Shown here piece by piece: positions 44,165 through 54,485 of a stretch of 64,000 nt of DNA. The notes under the pieces are model-generated. The model ran no database searches, was not told the origin of the DNA, and saw only the letters and a program-made list of their open reading frames with translations. Numbering within the stretch: the stretch's first letter is position 1; every line of letters begins with the position of its first letter. The stretch lies in IMG/VR virus record IMGVR_UViG_3300036770_004143, positions 206,076 through 270,075 of that record. The stretch is one strand, 5' to 3'. A program made the position numbers and the translations under genes.

Positions 44165-44709
44165 TTTGATTTAAATTTTTGATAATACTGCTCCAATTTT
44201 GTTATAATACTTAAAAAGTCCTCATCTATTTTTACAATATCAGCACTTATATACACGCCACCATTCTCACCAATTGTATATAAGAATGTAATGTTATCAT
44301 CTATTAATTTACCACCCCACTCAACACTATTCTTATACAAATGAAGTTCATCAAAATCAACCAAATCAGAAACTTCCTCAACAAATTCATCCATTGTTTC
44401 CTGGAATGAAGATTTATCATCTGTTGTTATATTATCAACCTCTGATCTTGTGTCACCATGTAAAACAAAGATACCACCAGATATCTTATATTTCTGTTGT
44501 TTACTTGAACTCTTTGAAGTCCTAACACCTTGCTGGTTAATTTCATCTTCTTCTTCACCCCCTACTGTGGCATCACCAGAAACACTACTACGTATCTTAT
44601 TTGAAATGCTATCTGCTGTATTAATCCTCCCAAAATCTGAGGATTGCTCAAATAAAAATTTTGATTTCTTTAAGAGAGATTTCATCTCATCATAACTATT
44701 TTCTATCAT
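44122..44709 (-). CDS. hypothetical protein
   Basis: 195-aa ORF. Confidence 0.7.
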   Translation of the reverse strand: MIENSYDEMKSLLKKSKFLFEQSSDFGRINTADSISNKIRSSVSGDATVGGEEEDEINQQGVRTSKSSSKQQKYKISGGIFVLHGDTRSEVDNITTDDKSSFQETMDEFVEEVSDLVDFDELHLYKNSVEWGGKLIDDNITFLYTIGENGGVYISADIVKIDEDFLSIITKLEQYYQKFKSKWSKMLAIRKKTPN

Positions 44710-45298
44710 TGTCTAATTTTTTTTCAAAAAGTTTTATATCAAAAGATGGTGATACATCAGTGTAAGATTTATATATATTACTTCTACTTAATATTCCATT
44801 AAATTTTGAACTAATATCTGTCTTTATGTTATGCCCTATAAATTTTTTATTAATCTTCATTTTATCACAAATTTTAGAACACAAAGAAGCTAAACTATTC
44901 ATCTGGGCTTCTGTATAAACATCCCAAAAATCATAATCCCTCCATTTCTTATAATAGGGTTCACCATTATAAATATCGCCAATCCAATTAATATTCATTC
45001 CTCTATCTTGATTTTTTTCCAACCAACCCAAATTTTCAATTGCAATAACAATGGAATTATAATTTAACAACTTATCATCAAACATATTTGAATACCCAGA
45101 ATCCCCCAATAATTGCAAAATATCTCCCTTCTTAGTTATTACATAATTAGGTATCTTATCATACTCCCCATTATGCCTATATTTTAGGGATACCAAGTAG
45201 CCCTTGATATCCCTAAATGTATTAATTAGTATTATTTTGTTTTTATTCTTCTGTTTTCCTAATGGTTTGAACCCATCATAATTCATTATCTTCAGCAT
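44696..45298 (-). CDS. Amidase_2 (N-acetylmuramoyl-L-alanine amidase)-like protein
   Basis: PNYVITKKGDI.QL, SIVIAIEN.G, YTEAQMNSL..L...I, GH, DVSP. Confidence 0.75.
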   Translation of the reverse strand: MLKIMNYDGFKPLGKQKNKNKIILINTFRDIKGYLVSLKYRHNGEYDKIPNYVITKKGDILQLLGDSGYSNMFDDKLLNYNSIVIAIENLGWLEKNQDRGMNINWIGDIYNGEPYYKKWRDYDFWDVYTEAQMNSLASLCSKICDKMKINKKFIGHNIKTDISSKFNGILSRSNIYKSYTDVSPSFDIKLFEKKLDNDRK

Positions 45299-46175
45299 CT
45301 CTCTTTCTATATGTTAGTCTATTCACTTCATCAGGATTATCACTTAAATCACCTAAATTTAAATTTATCTTTTTCCTTCTACTTGCCTTTGGTTTTGGGG
45401 CTTCAATAGCATCATCACTCAATAATGTATCTTCTAATAATGTTGGAGTAACCCTTGGTTTGTAACTTCTCTTGGTTGGTTTTGGTAACTCATCTACTGA
45501 TAATGGAGCAACCACTTCAGGAACTTCTTTTTCAAAAGGTAATGTTGGTTTGTTTTTTGTCAAGTTATCAAGATATTTTTCTAACTTATCTAAATCATCT
45601 TGTGTTGGCACATAAACCTTTTGTTGTTCCTGGGCTTCCATCTTTCCAGCCTCAGTACTTAACCTCTCTAACTCCTCGTCAGTGATAACTTGATTGGGGG
45701 TTTCAATTTCATTTTTAGTTTGATCCCTTAATTTAACAAGCATATGTAAAAAGGTTAAAGATATTATAGGCAAAAGTCCACCAGAAAAAACAGCTAAAAG
45801 CCTTTTATGCCCAACAATATCATTCTCATCAATTATATATTGAAAGAAAATGTTTGACAACTCAACCCAATCTTTAAATTCTTCTGAAGCCTCATCTATA
45901 TATTGATATGAATAAAATATATTACCAATAAGTTGTATCATTGTAACAATGCCAAATGGTATATACACATTTTTACCCATATTAACAGAGATAGCAGCTA
46001 ATGCTGCCAATGCTGCTATCTCCACACCAAAAGATAAATAAATGGACCAAGTAGAATTATTAGTTAACCCATACCAACTAGTTACATGTGATATTGATAC
46101 AATTGCCACAGTAATAATTGGGACCAAGAATGCAAAATATACTATTCTCTCTAAATTTCTACTAAAAATATTCAT
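45276..46175 (-). CDS. multi-TM membrane protein (DUF2637-like) with low-complexity tail
   Basis: SISHV..WY, LSFGVEIAALAAL, QLIGNIFYSY, LPIISL. Confidence 0.65.
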   Translation of the reverse strand: MNIFSRNLERIVYFAFLVPIITVAIVSISHVTSWYGLTNNSTWSIYLSFGVEIAALAALAAISVNMGKNVYIPFGIVTMIQLIGNIFYSYQYIDEASEEFKDWVELSNIFFQYIIDENDIVGHKRLLAVFSGGLLPIISLTFLHMLVKLRDQTKNEIETPNQVITDEELERLSTEAGKMEAQEQQKVYVPTQDDLDKLEKYLDNLTKNKPTLPFEKEVPEVVAPLSVDELPKPTKRSYKPRVTPTLLEDTLLSDDAIEAPKPKASRRKKINLNLGDLSDNPDEVNRLTYRKRDAEDNEL

Positions 46176-46459
46176 TATTTAAGGTTTTCTAGTTCTAAAT
46201 CAATTTGAGCCTGTCTATTAACATCTAAGATTTTACGATCAGTTGATTGAATAAATCTCTTTTCTGTTTCAAGGCTCATAATTTTCAATTGTTTATCCAA
46301 TTCTGTCTTGGTGTAAGTTGAATCTTTAATTGCTTTAATGTCATCATTTATTTTACCCAGTTCTTTGCTATCTCCACAGCCTTTCAACCAGCCAATAATC
46401 AAAAAAATGAAAACAATTAAAGTAAAGTTTTTTGATAAGAATTTTTTAAAGTTTTCCAT
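46175..46459 (-). CDS. membrane-anchored protein or lipoprotein
   Basis: LIVFIFLIIGWLKGC. Confidence 0.6.
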   Translation of the reverse strand: MENFKKFLSKNFTLIVFIFLIIGWLKGCGDSKELGKINDDIKAIKDSTYTKTELDKQLKIMSLETEKRFIQSTDRKILDVNRQAQIDLELENLK

Positions 46460-46476
46460 GTTAGTTTTTTTTATTT

Positions 46477-47277
46477 TTAAATATACTCAAAAAGTACTTT
46501 TGACTCATTTCTAAGTTTTTTAAGTGCTTTTTCTTTTATTTGACGAACTCTCTCTTTTGTAAGGTTGAATTCGCCACCAATTTCTTCCAATGTTCTCATT
46601 GAACCATTTAATCCAAAATAATCTTCAATAATCACTTTTTCCCTGGTATCTAACAAACAAAGAATATTAAGAAGTTTTTCCCTCAATATTTGTTTTGTAC
46701 TAAATACATCCTCTGGGTTGTCAGCATTCTCATTCTTAATGAGGTTTAGTAATGTATCCCCATCCTCATTTAAAGTTGAATCTAGGTCAATTGTGTGTGG
46801 TAGATTATTAAATTTTGCTGGTGTTGTATTGTCAAATTCATGCAAGAATTTCTTAATCTTATGATATTCTTGAACAATGTTAACAGGTAACCTAATTGTC
46901 CTTGCATTATCATTCAAACTCTCAATAATAGCCTGTTTAATCCACCACACGCCATATGATATGAACCTCAAATTCTTTGACCAATCAAACTTGTCAATAG
47001 CCTTTAGTAAACCATAATTACCCTCTGCAATTAAATCAGGTAAATCCAAACCTTGGTTTTGGTATTGCTTACAAACACTAATAACAAATCTTAAATTACC
47101 TTCAACCAATTCTTTCTTAACCTTATTCTTTTCAAATTGAGTCACATCTGGATTTAACATAATCTTTGCCAACTCCCTCTCCTTTTCAATAGTCATAACT
47201 TTCAACTTCCTTACATCTTTTAAATATGAAGAAATTTCACTCTGATTAATCATTAATGTGTTTTTCTGTCCTTTCAT
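46477..47277 (-). CDS. phage-encoded sigma70-family factor (regions 1.2-4)
   Basis: YLKDV, NLRFVISVCKQY, DLIAEGNYGL, FISYGVWWIKQAI, RTIRLP, TLEEIG...LTKERVRQI. Confidence 0.95.
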   Translation of the reverse strand: MKGQKNTLMINQSEISSYLKDVRKLKVMTIEKERELAKIMLNPDVTQFEKNKVKKELVEGNLRFVISVCKQYQNQGLDLPDLIAEGNYGLLKAIDKFDWSKNLRFISYGVWWIKQAIIESLNDNARTIRLPVNIVQEYHKIKKFLHEFDNTTPAKFNNLPHTIDLDSTLNEDGDTLLNLIKNENADNPEDVFSTKQILREKLLNILCLLDTREKVIIEDYFGLNGSMRTLEEIGGEFNLTKERVRQIKEKALKKLRNESKVLFEYI

Positions 47278-47278
47278 T

Positions 47279-47764
47279 TTAGTTTTGTTTTGAGAAGTTT
47301 TTTAATAATTCTTTTTCCATTGTTGTAAGTGATTCCATACCCCTACTTGAGATTTTCTCCAAAATAGCATCCAAGTTATCCTCTGATGCCCCTTCTGTAG
47401 CTTGTGAAAAAATCTTGGTTAAATTGTCAGTCTTTAATACACCCAAGAATGGTTTTCTTGATTTCTGCAAATCTTTTGGCATATCATCTAATCCTAAGTC
47501 ATTAAAGTTATCCATAGGGAAAAATGCAGCATAAGTATCCCCCAATTCAAGCAATGTAAATCCATAGCATAAATGACCTAAAACACTAGTGAGAAAAGTA
47601 GCCAAATCAAGTGTTTCAACTTCTGATCCAAAAATCATAATTGTGCTGTCACCCACTCTAGTTACAAGTGGTTCTGTATCTGACACCTCTGAAAAATCCT
47701 CAAAAAATGAATCAATATCAAATTTCTTGTTAGCCTGATAAATGGTTAAGTTGTAGTTCTTCAT
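47279..47764 (-). CDS. hypothetical protein with C-terminal DUF6576-like helix pair
   Basis: LDAILEKISSRGMESLTTMEKELL. Confidence 0.6.
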   Translation of the reverse strand: MKNYNLTIYQANKKFDIDSFFEDFSEVSDTEPLVTRVGDSTIMIFGSEVETLDLATFLTSVLGHLCYGFTLLELGDTYAAFFPMDNFNDLGLDDMPKDLQKSRKPFLGVLKTDNLTKIFSQATEGASEDNLDAILEKISSRGMESLTTMEKELLKNFSKQN

Positions 47765-47777
47765 TCCTTTTTTTTTG

Positions 47778-47807
47778 CAAAGATAAGGTGTTTTTGGTTA
47801 AATCAAA
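47778..47807 (-). promoter_or_regulatory. Bacteroidota sigma70 promoter (18-nt spacer)
   Basis: TTTG-N18-TATCTTTG. Confidence 0.55.
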
Positions 47808-50146
47808 ACTTTTGACACATTATTTTTCTTTTCAACAATTATTTTTGATTCACCCCAATTACTAATTAAAGGGTTGTGCGAAATTAACAATATTTTCTCA
47901 AAATAACTCTTTAATCTGATAAAAAATTCTCCCATCATATCTAAACTTTCATTTGATACTTTCCCAAATACCTCATCTGCAACCCAGATATTTGGTTTTG
48001 GTAATGAGCAAACCTTGCTTAAAACTGCTCTCAATGCCAATGATGCAACTGTTTTCTCATACCCAGATCCTGTTGTCATTAGTTTTTCAACACCTGTATT
48101 ATTATCAATCATAATAAATTCAACCTCATTCTTATCATTAACTCTAACATCAAGGGTAAAATAACACACATCCAATAATAACCTTTGTAATTCAGAATTG
48201 ATAACTGGTAGCATTGTTTTCATAATCATTTTTGAAATGCCATTTTTACCAAATAAATCCAGATAAATCTTATACTTCTTCTCTTCCTCTTGTTCCTTAT
48301 ATATGGTATCAATAATGGTTATATTCTTATCCCTCTTATCTTGATAATTTGAAATCTTAATTTCAATCCCATTGATTTCTTTTGCTAATTTATTCTTCTC
48401 ATATGTTAATTCATCAATCTTACTATTAGCCTTTATGATTAAAGCATCAATTTGATTATTCTTCTTAATCTTCTCCTGAACCTCCAAATAATTTTTCATC
48501 TTACTTTCCAACTGGGATAATTTTAACATATTACCCTCCAAAGATAACTGATGTTTCTTAATTACCAATTTATTTTTCTCATAATTATCAAATTCTTTCT
48601 TTAACTTGTTAAGTTCTTCATTTTTAAGTTCAAGTTCAATTACCTTATCTGATATAATTTTGTAATTATTCTTATGTTCCTCCAATGATTCAACTTTTGC
48701 TTTTGTAAATTCTGCATCAATTAAGTTTAACCCACAATGTTCACATTGAATACCGTTACCATAAGTCTGTATTAATTTGGTGATTTCATCCACCTTCGAT
48801 TTTGCAAGTTGCTTTTCCAGTTTAGTTTCCATAATCTCCTCCTTCAAACTATCATGCTCATCTTCCTCATAAAATGTTGATGGTTTATCATTTGATATAG
48901 TATCAATCATTTCATTTAATTTGGCATTATTTGTATTTAATGCAATAATGTCCTTCTCTAATGATTCCTGGTTTACAATCAAAAGTTCCTTATCAATATC
49001 AGAATGTTTTGAAGTATATAATTCATTTTTATACTGATTACCTTTAGCCAATCTTTCATCATAATCTTTTATTTCAATGTTTAACTTATCAAGATTTATT
49101 TTTAATTCATTCACCTCTTCAATCAATCCCAAATTTTCTGATTTTAGTTTCTCAACATTATACACATTTGAGAACATCCTTTTTGAAAACTCTTGATAAA
49201 CTTCTTTACCAAGATCCTCCTTCTTTTTCAAATGTTCTAACCCCAAGAAACGACCCAATAACTGACCCCTTGCTGTGGGTTTTGATTCCAACAAATCTTC
49301 AAGATTGTTTCCAGTTGTTAAAATGGTGGCCAAGAAGTCATCCATATTCCCAATAGTATTCTTGATAAAGATTTCTGTTTCCCTTCTTTGTTCACCCTTT
49401 AAGTTCTGTAATTCCCCATTCTTTAACTTCTTATCAAATGATAGTTCTGTTTTAACCTTCCATTCCCCACTCTTACTCATCTTCCTTTCCATATTCCTGG
49501 ATATAACATATTCCTCACCATCAATGATAATATATCCAGTAACTGAAACCTGATCCTTACTTGTGAACTTGTTAAATATATCCTCTGCCTTGCTACTCTT
49601 GGTTGTGGTATTGAAAAACAAGAATAATAATAAATCAATTGTTAAGGTGGTCTTACCCCCAGTATTCTGTGGAGTTGATTCAACAATGGTAATACCATTT
49701 AACTTGTCAAAATCCAATTCTTGATTTTCACCAAATGAAAGAAAATTGCTAAAATTAATCTTTTTGATATACCACTTATTAAATTGTGTTGGTTCTTGGT
49801 TTTCTAAAACCAATTTATTCTCAACAGCCTTATTAATATCCATGATTTTATCATACAACTCACCATTACCATTTGTTTCAAGCAAATTCTTAATAAGGTT
49901 ATTCTGATAATTCACATCCATTATGTTTGATGAAACATCCACAGATTGTAATACCTTATCCTCATATTTAACTTTTGTGATAACATTAACACTTGATGTG
50001 CCATACTTTTTTGAAAAATATTGACGAACATCTTTAATTTTCTCTTGGGTGATATTTTCAGGATAATCCTCCCATATAACCCTTATGTTTGGATTCCTCC
50101 ATACCTTTTCACTCATACTAATTTGATTTGTTTTCATATGATTCAA
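47798..50146 (-). CDS. sbcC: SbcC/Rad50/gp46-like SMC ATPase with N-terminal extension
   Basis: FSNFLSFG, GGKTT Walker A, zinc hook CEHC, GSGYE signature, ADEVF Walker B, LISH. Confidence 0.9.
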   Translation of the reverse strand: MNHMKTNQISMSEKVWRNPNIRVIWEDYPENITQEKIKDVRQYFSKKYGTSSVNVITKVKYEDKVLQSVDVSSNIMDVNYQNNLIKNLLETNGNGELYDKIMDINKAVENKLVLENQEPTQFNKWYIKKINFSNFLSFGENQELDFDKLNGITIVESTPQNTGGKTTLTIDLLLFLFFNTTTKSSKAEDIFNKFTSKDQVSVTGYIIIDGEEYVISRNMERKMSKSGEWKVKTELSFDKKLKNGELQNLKGEQRRETEIFIKNTIGNMDDFLATILTTGNNLEDLLESKPTARGQLLGRFLGLEHLKKKEDLGKEVYQEFSKRMFSNVYNVEKLKSENLGLIEEVNELKINLDKLNIEIKDYDERLAKGNQYKNELYTSKHSDIDKELLIVNQESLEKDIIALNTNNAKLNEMIDTISNDKPSTFYEEDEHDSLKEEIMETKLEKQLAKSKVDEITKLIQTYGNGIQCEHCGLNLIDAEFTKAKVESLEEHKNNYKIISDKVIELELKNEELNKLKKEFDNYEKNKLVIKKHQLSLEGNMLKLSQLESKMKNYLEVQEKIKKNNQIDALIIKANSKIDELTYEKNKLAKEINGIEIKISNYQDKRDKNITIIDTIYKEQEEEKKYKIYLDLFGKNGISKMIMKTMLPVINSELQRLLLDVCYFTLDVRVNDKNEVEFIMIDNNTGVEKLMTTGSGYEKTVASLALRAVLSKVCSLPKPNIWVADEVFGKVSNESLDMMGEFFIRLKSYFEKILLISHNPLISNWGESKIIVEKKNNVSKVLI

Positions 50147-50456
50147 TAATGGCGTTTATTGCCCAAACAATGCCAGATGATAAAATACCATCAAAAAACC
50201 AAGAGGCTTCATAGCATAATCCAAAATAAGTCATAGTTGGGGAATATATGAAAAACCCCAAGAAAAATCCACCCCAAGTGCTAAAACACATTGGACAAGA
50301 TATAATCCCATAAAGGAACTTGAAGATGGGGGATATGATTAACCAATCCCTTTTCCCCACATTGTTTATAAAATCTCTTAATCCAGAGAATATTGATCCA
50401 TAAACCATTATGTTCATAAGACCATAACTTGCAAAAGCCCAAATAAAAATATCCAT
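50118..50456 (-). CDS. DUF1360-like membrane protein
   Basis: ISCPMCFSTW; three TMs; start reassigned. Confidence 0.65.
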   Translation of the reverse strand: MDIFIWAFASYGLMNIMVYGSIFSGLRDFINNVGKRDWLIISPIFKFLYGIISCPMCFSTWGGFFLGFFIYSPTMTYFGLCYEASWFFDGILSSGIVWAINAIIESYENKSN

Positions 50457-50457
50457 A

Positions 50458-51030
50458 TTATCTAATTTTAATGTTTGATGTTCTATGAAATCTAGTAGGT
50501 TGTGCTGACATTTCAGCAACTAATCTACGGTAGTCTTCTATAATTTTGTTTTTATTTCTCAATTCATCACTGACAGCATTTAATGTCATCTTGACATCAT
50601 TCAACTCATTCTGCAATTCCTCATTATCCCCAGGTACTTCCTTGATAACATACACTTCTTTTACAATTGGAACTTCCCTAATAACCTCAACTTCCTTTAC
50701 CTCAACCCTAACACCACCAGTCTGGACTTCCTTAATTATTTCTTTGTATATGGGAACTTCCTTAATAACCTCCACAATCTTCTCTACCACCCTATCAACA
50801 GGAACTTCAACAATCTTTTCCACTTCAACAATCTTTTCTACCTCCTTAATCACTTCAACTGTGTTGGTTTGTAGATTTGAATCCTCCCCCAACATTCCAT
50901 ATTTCTCAACATAGAACCCTGATTTTAAACATTTTGAAGTGAATTCATCAATGTCAGAGATATTGTTCTTTTCACAATATCTTATAATGTCAATAAAAAA
51001 GACATCATCGGTAATTATTTGTGTTTTCAT
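50458..51030 (-). CDS. protein with VEKIVEV/VIKEV low-complexity repeats
   Basis: Repeated (V/I)xEV units followed by a coil. Confidence 0.7.
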   Translation of the reverse strand: MKTQIITDDVFFIDIIRYCEKNNISDIDEFTSKCLKSGFYVEKYGMLGEDSNLQTNTVEVIKEVEKIVEVEKIVEVPVDRVVEKIVEVIKEVPIYKEIIKEVQTGGVRVEVKEVEVIREVPIVKEVYVIKEVPGDNEELQNELNDVKMTLNAVSDELRNKNKIIEDYRRLVAEMSAQPTRFHRTSNIKIR

Positions 51031-51035
51031 TTGTT

Positions 51036-51821
51036 TTATTTATTTGTTAAAATTTCATTATCATTTTTAATATCATCATATGAAGTTATTTTAAAACTTA
51101 AATAAGGGGTGGGGTTATGCAAATCCACAAACTGATAATCATCCTTATCAATCTCATAAATTCCATAACCATGATTTGATATACTCTCCCCAAAGTTCTG
51201 TTGAATCAGGTCGCCAATCATGACCGCTGACTTATTTCCTGGTATATCAAAAATGGCTCTCTTGTGTATATCACCACAGAAAACAATATCACAACCAGCA
51301 AAAATATTTGAATCAAATCCATCCTCTATGGTATGTCCAACATCTGTCTTCAAGCCCTTAATTGCCCCGTGGAATAAACCTATATTGATTGACCCCTCAC
51401 TCTTCTTTGGGATGTCTGGGGGGATGTTATGTTGCATTAGCGAATAAACACACCAATTTACATTCTCATCAACATACACCCCCCGTTCCTTTAAGTAACT
51501 AATTTTTGGATTTTTTATTGAATCTACAATAGGTGTAATAGCATCTAATCTATCCATATTTGTTTCCAAGAAATCATGATTGCCAATTATAACAATGGTC
51601 TTACTAATCTTTGCGCATTCCTCAAGAACCCAAGCAATAAATTCCACAAGTTCAGGTGTCATCTGGTTCTTGCTATGCACCAAATCTCCTGTGAAAACAA
51701 TTCTATCTGGTTTTAGTTCAACCCACTGTGCAAATGCTTCAGATAATATTTCCCTAAACAAATCATGATCCTTATATAATCGTATATGCAAATCAGAGAA
51801 ATGAACAATTTTATTTATCAT
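51036..51821 (-). CDS. sbcD: SbcD/Mre11/gp47-like nuclease
   Basis: SDLHIR, TGDLVH, GNHD, FHG, CGDIHK, QQNFGE. Confidence 0.9.
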   Translation of the reverse strand: MINKIVHFSDLHIRLYKDHDLFREILSEAFAQWVELKPDRIVFTGDLVHSKNQMTPELVEFIAWVLEECAKISKTIVIIGNHDFLETNMDRLDAITPIVDSIKNPKISYLKERGVYVDENVNWCVYSLMQHNIPPDIPKKSEGSINIGLFHGAIKGLKTDVGHTIEDGFDSNIFAGCDIVFCGDIHKRAIFDIPGNKSAVMIGDLIQQNFGESISNHGYGIYEIDKDDYQFVDLHNPTPYLSFKITSYDDIKNDNEILTNK

Positions 51822-51869
51822 ATTATTTTTTTTATAAGTATAGATAAATAAAATCATTCTATCAATATG

Positions 51870-52670
51870 TTACCACACTTTAATTCTGCTAAAATACCCA
51901 AATAAAGGATCATTATCTGATTTTTTGAATGTTGCAGTAGCAGTAATTTCCTCACCAAGTCCAATAAGACTACCTACATTGCCATAGGCCTTCCATTTAC
52001 CTTCAATATTCTCAATCAATAATTTATATTTAACTGAATGATTATAAGAATCAACAATACCTTTGCAGGAAAGAACTCTAAATACACCCTTAAATCTCCC
52101 TACAACAACCTCATTTGCAACTAATTCTAATTGTCTTCTTCTTTCTGCTAACACTTTGACAAATTCTATCTGTTTTTCTGAAATTTTACCTGAACTATAG
52201 AACTTACTTGCAATCTCTCTAATTTTATTATCATTAACAGATAATGTCTCCTCCAAATTTTCATTAGCAGCCAATATATTGGCTATTTGAATTTGCTTCA
52301 ACCTTCTCTTACGTTGAATCATTGTTTGTTTGGTAATACCTTGAACATCAAATGTATATTTCATAATGTTGTTGGTACAGTCAAACCCAACATAAATCAA
52401 ATCTGATGTTTCTTTATCCAAGAAGAATGAACCCCTCTTTATGCTGTGATTACAGCAAGAACATTTATTACCCTCTGGATTAAAATTACCCATCCACTCT
52501 TTTGGATTATCCACACCAATCTTGTCAAAATCAACCTCAAACTCTGTTTCAGTAACATAACCATCTACAGCATCTGGCACTCTAAATGAAGTGTAATACC
52601 CCACATAAGTGAAGTTTTCAGGCTTAATTCCTTGTCCTACATATTTGAATTGATTGGTGGTGGTTGTCAT
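51870..52670 (-). CDS. hypothetical early protein with Cys motif
   Basis: CSCCNH...VGFDC; promoter at 52694-52725. Confidence 0.65.
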   Translation of the reverse strand: MTTTTNQFKYVGQGIKPENFTYVGYYTSFRVPDAVDGYVTETEFEVDFDKIGVDNPKEWMGNFNPEGNKCSCCNHSIKRGSFFLDKETSDLIYVGFDCTNNIMKYTFDVQGITKQTMIQRKRRLKQIQIANILAANENLEETLSVNDNKIREIASKFYSSGKISEKQIEFVKVLAERRRQLELVANEVVVGRFKGVFRVLSCKGIVDSYNHSVKYKLLIENIEGKWKAYGNVGSLIGLGEEITATATFKKSDNDPLFGYFSRIKVW

Positions 52671-52693
52671 GTTGTTTTGTTTTTATTGGATTG

Positions 52694-52725
52694 CAAATAT
52701 AAGAACTATATTGTAATAAAACAAA
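52694..52725 (-). promoter_or_regulatory. Bacteroidota sigma70 promoter
   Basis: TTTG-N20-TATATTTG. Confidence 0.75.
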
Positions 52726-52746
52726 CTTCTGTGAAAATATTTCTAA

Positions 52747-53571
52747 CTATATTTCCAAATCAAAAACAATATCACTAAATTCTTTTGGCACACGGTATTC
52801 AACAAACCCCCCATCTTTCTTCAAGTGACAAACAATGCAACCATATAACTTAATTGCCCCATATTTTGATTGTGAGAGCATTTTAAGTAATAACCTACCA
52901 TAGAGTGGCAACTGGATATAATAATGCTCCAAGGCTGTGCTATTGTAGTTTTCAAAGGGTTTAAACATCTTCTCCGTGAAGTCATTTGTTTGAAAACTTT
53001 TATCCTTATTTGTTTTCCAGTCTGTGATAATAATACCAAAATCAGATTTATCTTTATTGGGTATTAACCACACCTTATCTGGTTGGCCAACATACCCAAG
53101 TTCAGGGTCTCCAAGAACCATTTCTGTATCAAGAAGAACTGCACCTCTTTCCTTCATAAGATTTAAATACTGAACACCTGATTGAATCATTCTCTCTGAT
53201 ACAATCTTTTGTGACATATCACATTCAAAAATTGGTTCTCTAACATCCTTGTAATCACCATAAGATTCAATTAACTTCTTTTCCAAGAAATAATGAACTC
53301 TTGAACCCAAGTTTGCTGCATAGTTTGCAGAATCACTCCATTCCTTTAAAAAAGCATTTGCCTTCTTTTCATCCCCCTTTGCTTTTCTATATGCAATCTC
53401 CTCACCTGGAAATTCCTTATAATATTTTTTAATTATTTTTGAAACAGATGGATAATCACTTCTCCCATTCATGTGGTATATATGATCCTCCTCAATAAAA
53501 CTTAAATTTAATTCTTTCTGTCTTTCACTAATGATATTCCTAATATCTTTTGCAATTTCTTCCAAATTCAT
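52747..53571 (-). CDS. PD-(D/E)XK (Cas4-like) exonuclease
   Basis: PSVSKII, GSRVHYFLE, TE, GQPDKV, ITDWKT, QLPLY. Confidence 0.8.
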   Translation of the reverse strand: MNLEEIAKDIRNIISERQKELNLSFIEEDHIYHMNGRSDYPSVSKIIKKYYKEFPGEEIAYRKAKGDEKKANAFLKEWSDSANYAANLGSRVHYFLEKKLIESYGDYKDVREPIFECDMSQKIVSERMIQSGVQYLNLMKERGAVLLDTEMVLGDPELGYVGQPDKVWLIPNKDKSDFGIIITDWKTNKDKSFQTNDFTEKMFKPFENYNSTALEHYYIQLPLYGRLLLKMLSQSKYGAIKLYGCIVCHLKKDGGFVEYRVPKEFSDIVFDLEI

Positions 53572-53572
53572 T

Positions 53573-54481
53573 TTACTTGATTTTAACATAATATTTATCA
53601 ATCTCCCCCCTCAACTCACAAACATCTTTATCATAAGGAAGTTTGACCATCTTAATCCTATCATATAGTTTGCCGCCATTTAACTCATTATACAACTTTA
53701 AAGCATCCTTATATGCATCACCATCTAAACAAATGATAATATCTTTCTCTGCCTTATCATACAACAAGTTAAACAACTTACTGCTAAGATGCTTACCAAG
53801 TAGGGGAATTGGGTTTGGTAAAAATATACTATCAAATACCCCTTCTGTCAAATATATATCCTGTGACCAATCAATTAAATGTTCATTGAAAATAATCTCC
53901 TCCTTTGGGGCTGTGGCATTCTTATACTTAATCTTCCTCTTAACCCAACTTCTACCCAAAAAATAATTTAATTGATGATTTGCATCATAAGATGGAATAA
54001 TCACCCTATATGCAAAATCACCCTTTACAGTATAACCCATATTATACCTACGTATCATATCATCTGTAATACCCCTACTAATGAGATAATTATATGCTTC
54101 ATTCCTTGGAATATGAAGTGGGTTTGATTCCTCAAACGTAACAAAACCCTCTGGCAATCTTAACTTGGGGTAGAATACATCATTAACCTTTAACTCATCA
54201 GGTTTAATTAAATCATATAACTTCTTTTGTTTCTTTGTGCCAAAAACATCAAATAACTTACCAAGAGGTCCATGTGTTTTATCATTCTCATCACCACAAC
54301 TCCAACAATGATATAAGTGCTTGGTTAGTGATATCTCAAAATTTCCCTTGTTTTGCCCCTCATCACAAGCAGGGCAATTATATAAATATTGGTGCTTTGA
54401 TTCATATGACCTAATTGGGTTTCCAATCACATCACTAATCAAATCCAATATTACTTCAATTTCTTTATCTTGATTTTCCAT
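53573..54481 (-). CDS. dnaG: DnaG-type DNA primase
   Basis: CPAC...HCWSC zinc finger, RVIIP, YFLGR, KYKN, TEGVFD, CLDGD, DVCE. Confidence 0.9.
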   Translation of the reverse strand: MENQDKEIEVILDLISDVIGNPIRSYESKHQYLYNCPACDEGQNKGNFEISLTKHLYHCWSCGDENDKTHGPLGKLFDVFGTKKQKKLYDLIKPDELKVNDVFYPKLRLPEGFVTFEESNPLHIPRNEAYNYLISRGITDDMIRRYNMGYTVKGDFAYRVIIPSYDANHQLNYFLGRSWVKRKIKYKNATAPKEEIIFNEHLIDWSQDIYLTEGVFDSIFLPNPIPLLGKHLSSKLFNLLYDKAEKDIIICLDGDAYKDALKLYNELNGGKLYDRIKMVKLPYDKDVCELRGEIDKYYVKIK

Positions 54482-54485
54482 TTCG

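Noticed and set aside
52747-53571. Cas4 as evidence of a CRISPR-Cas system
   Set aside because: A solo PD-(D/E)XK exonuclease in a replication cluster, common in phages; no array or other cas genes
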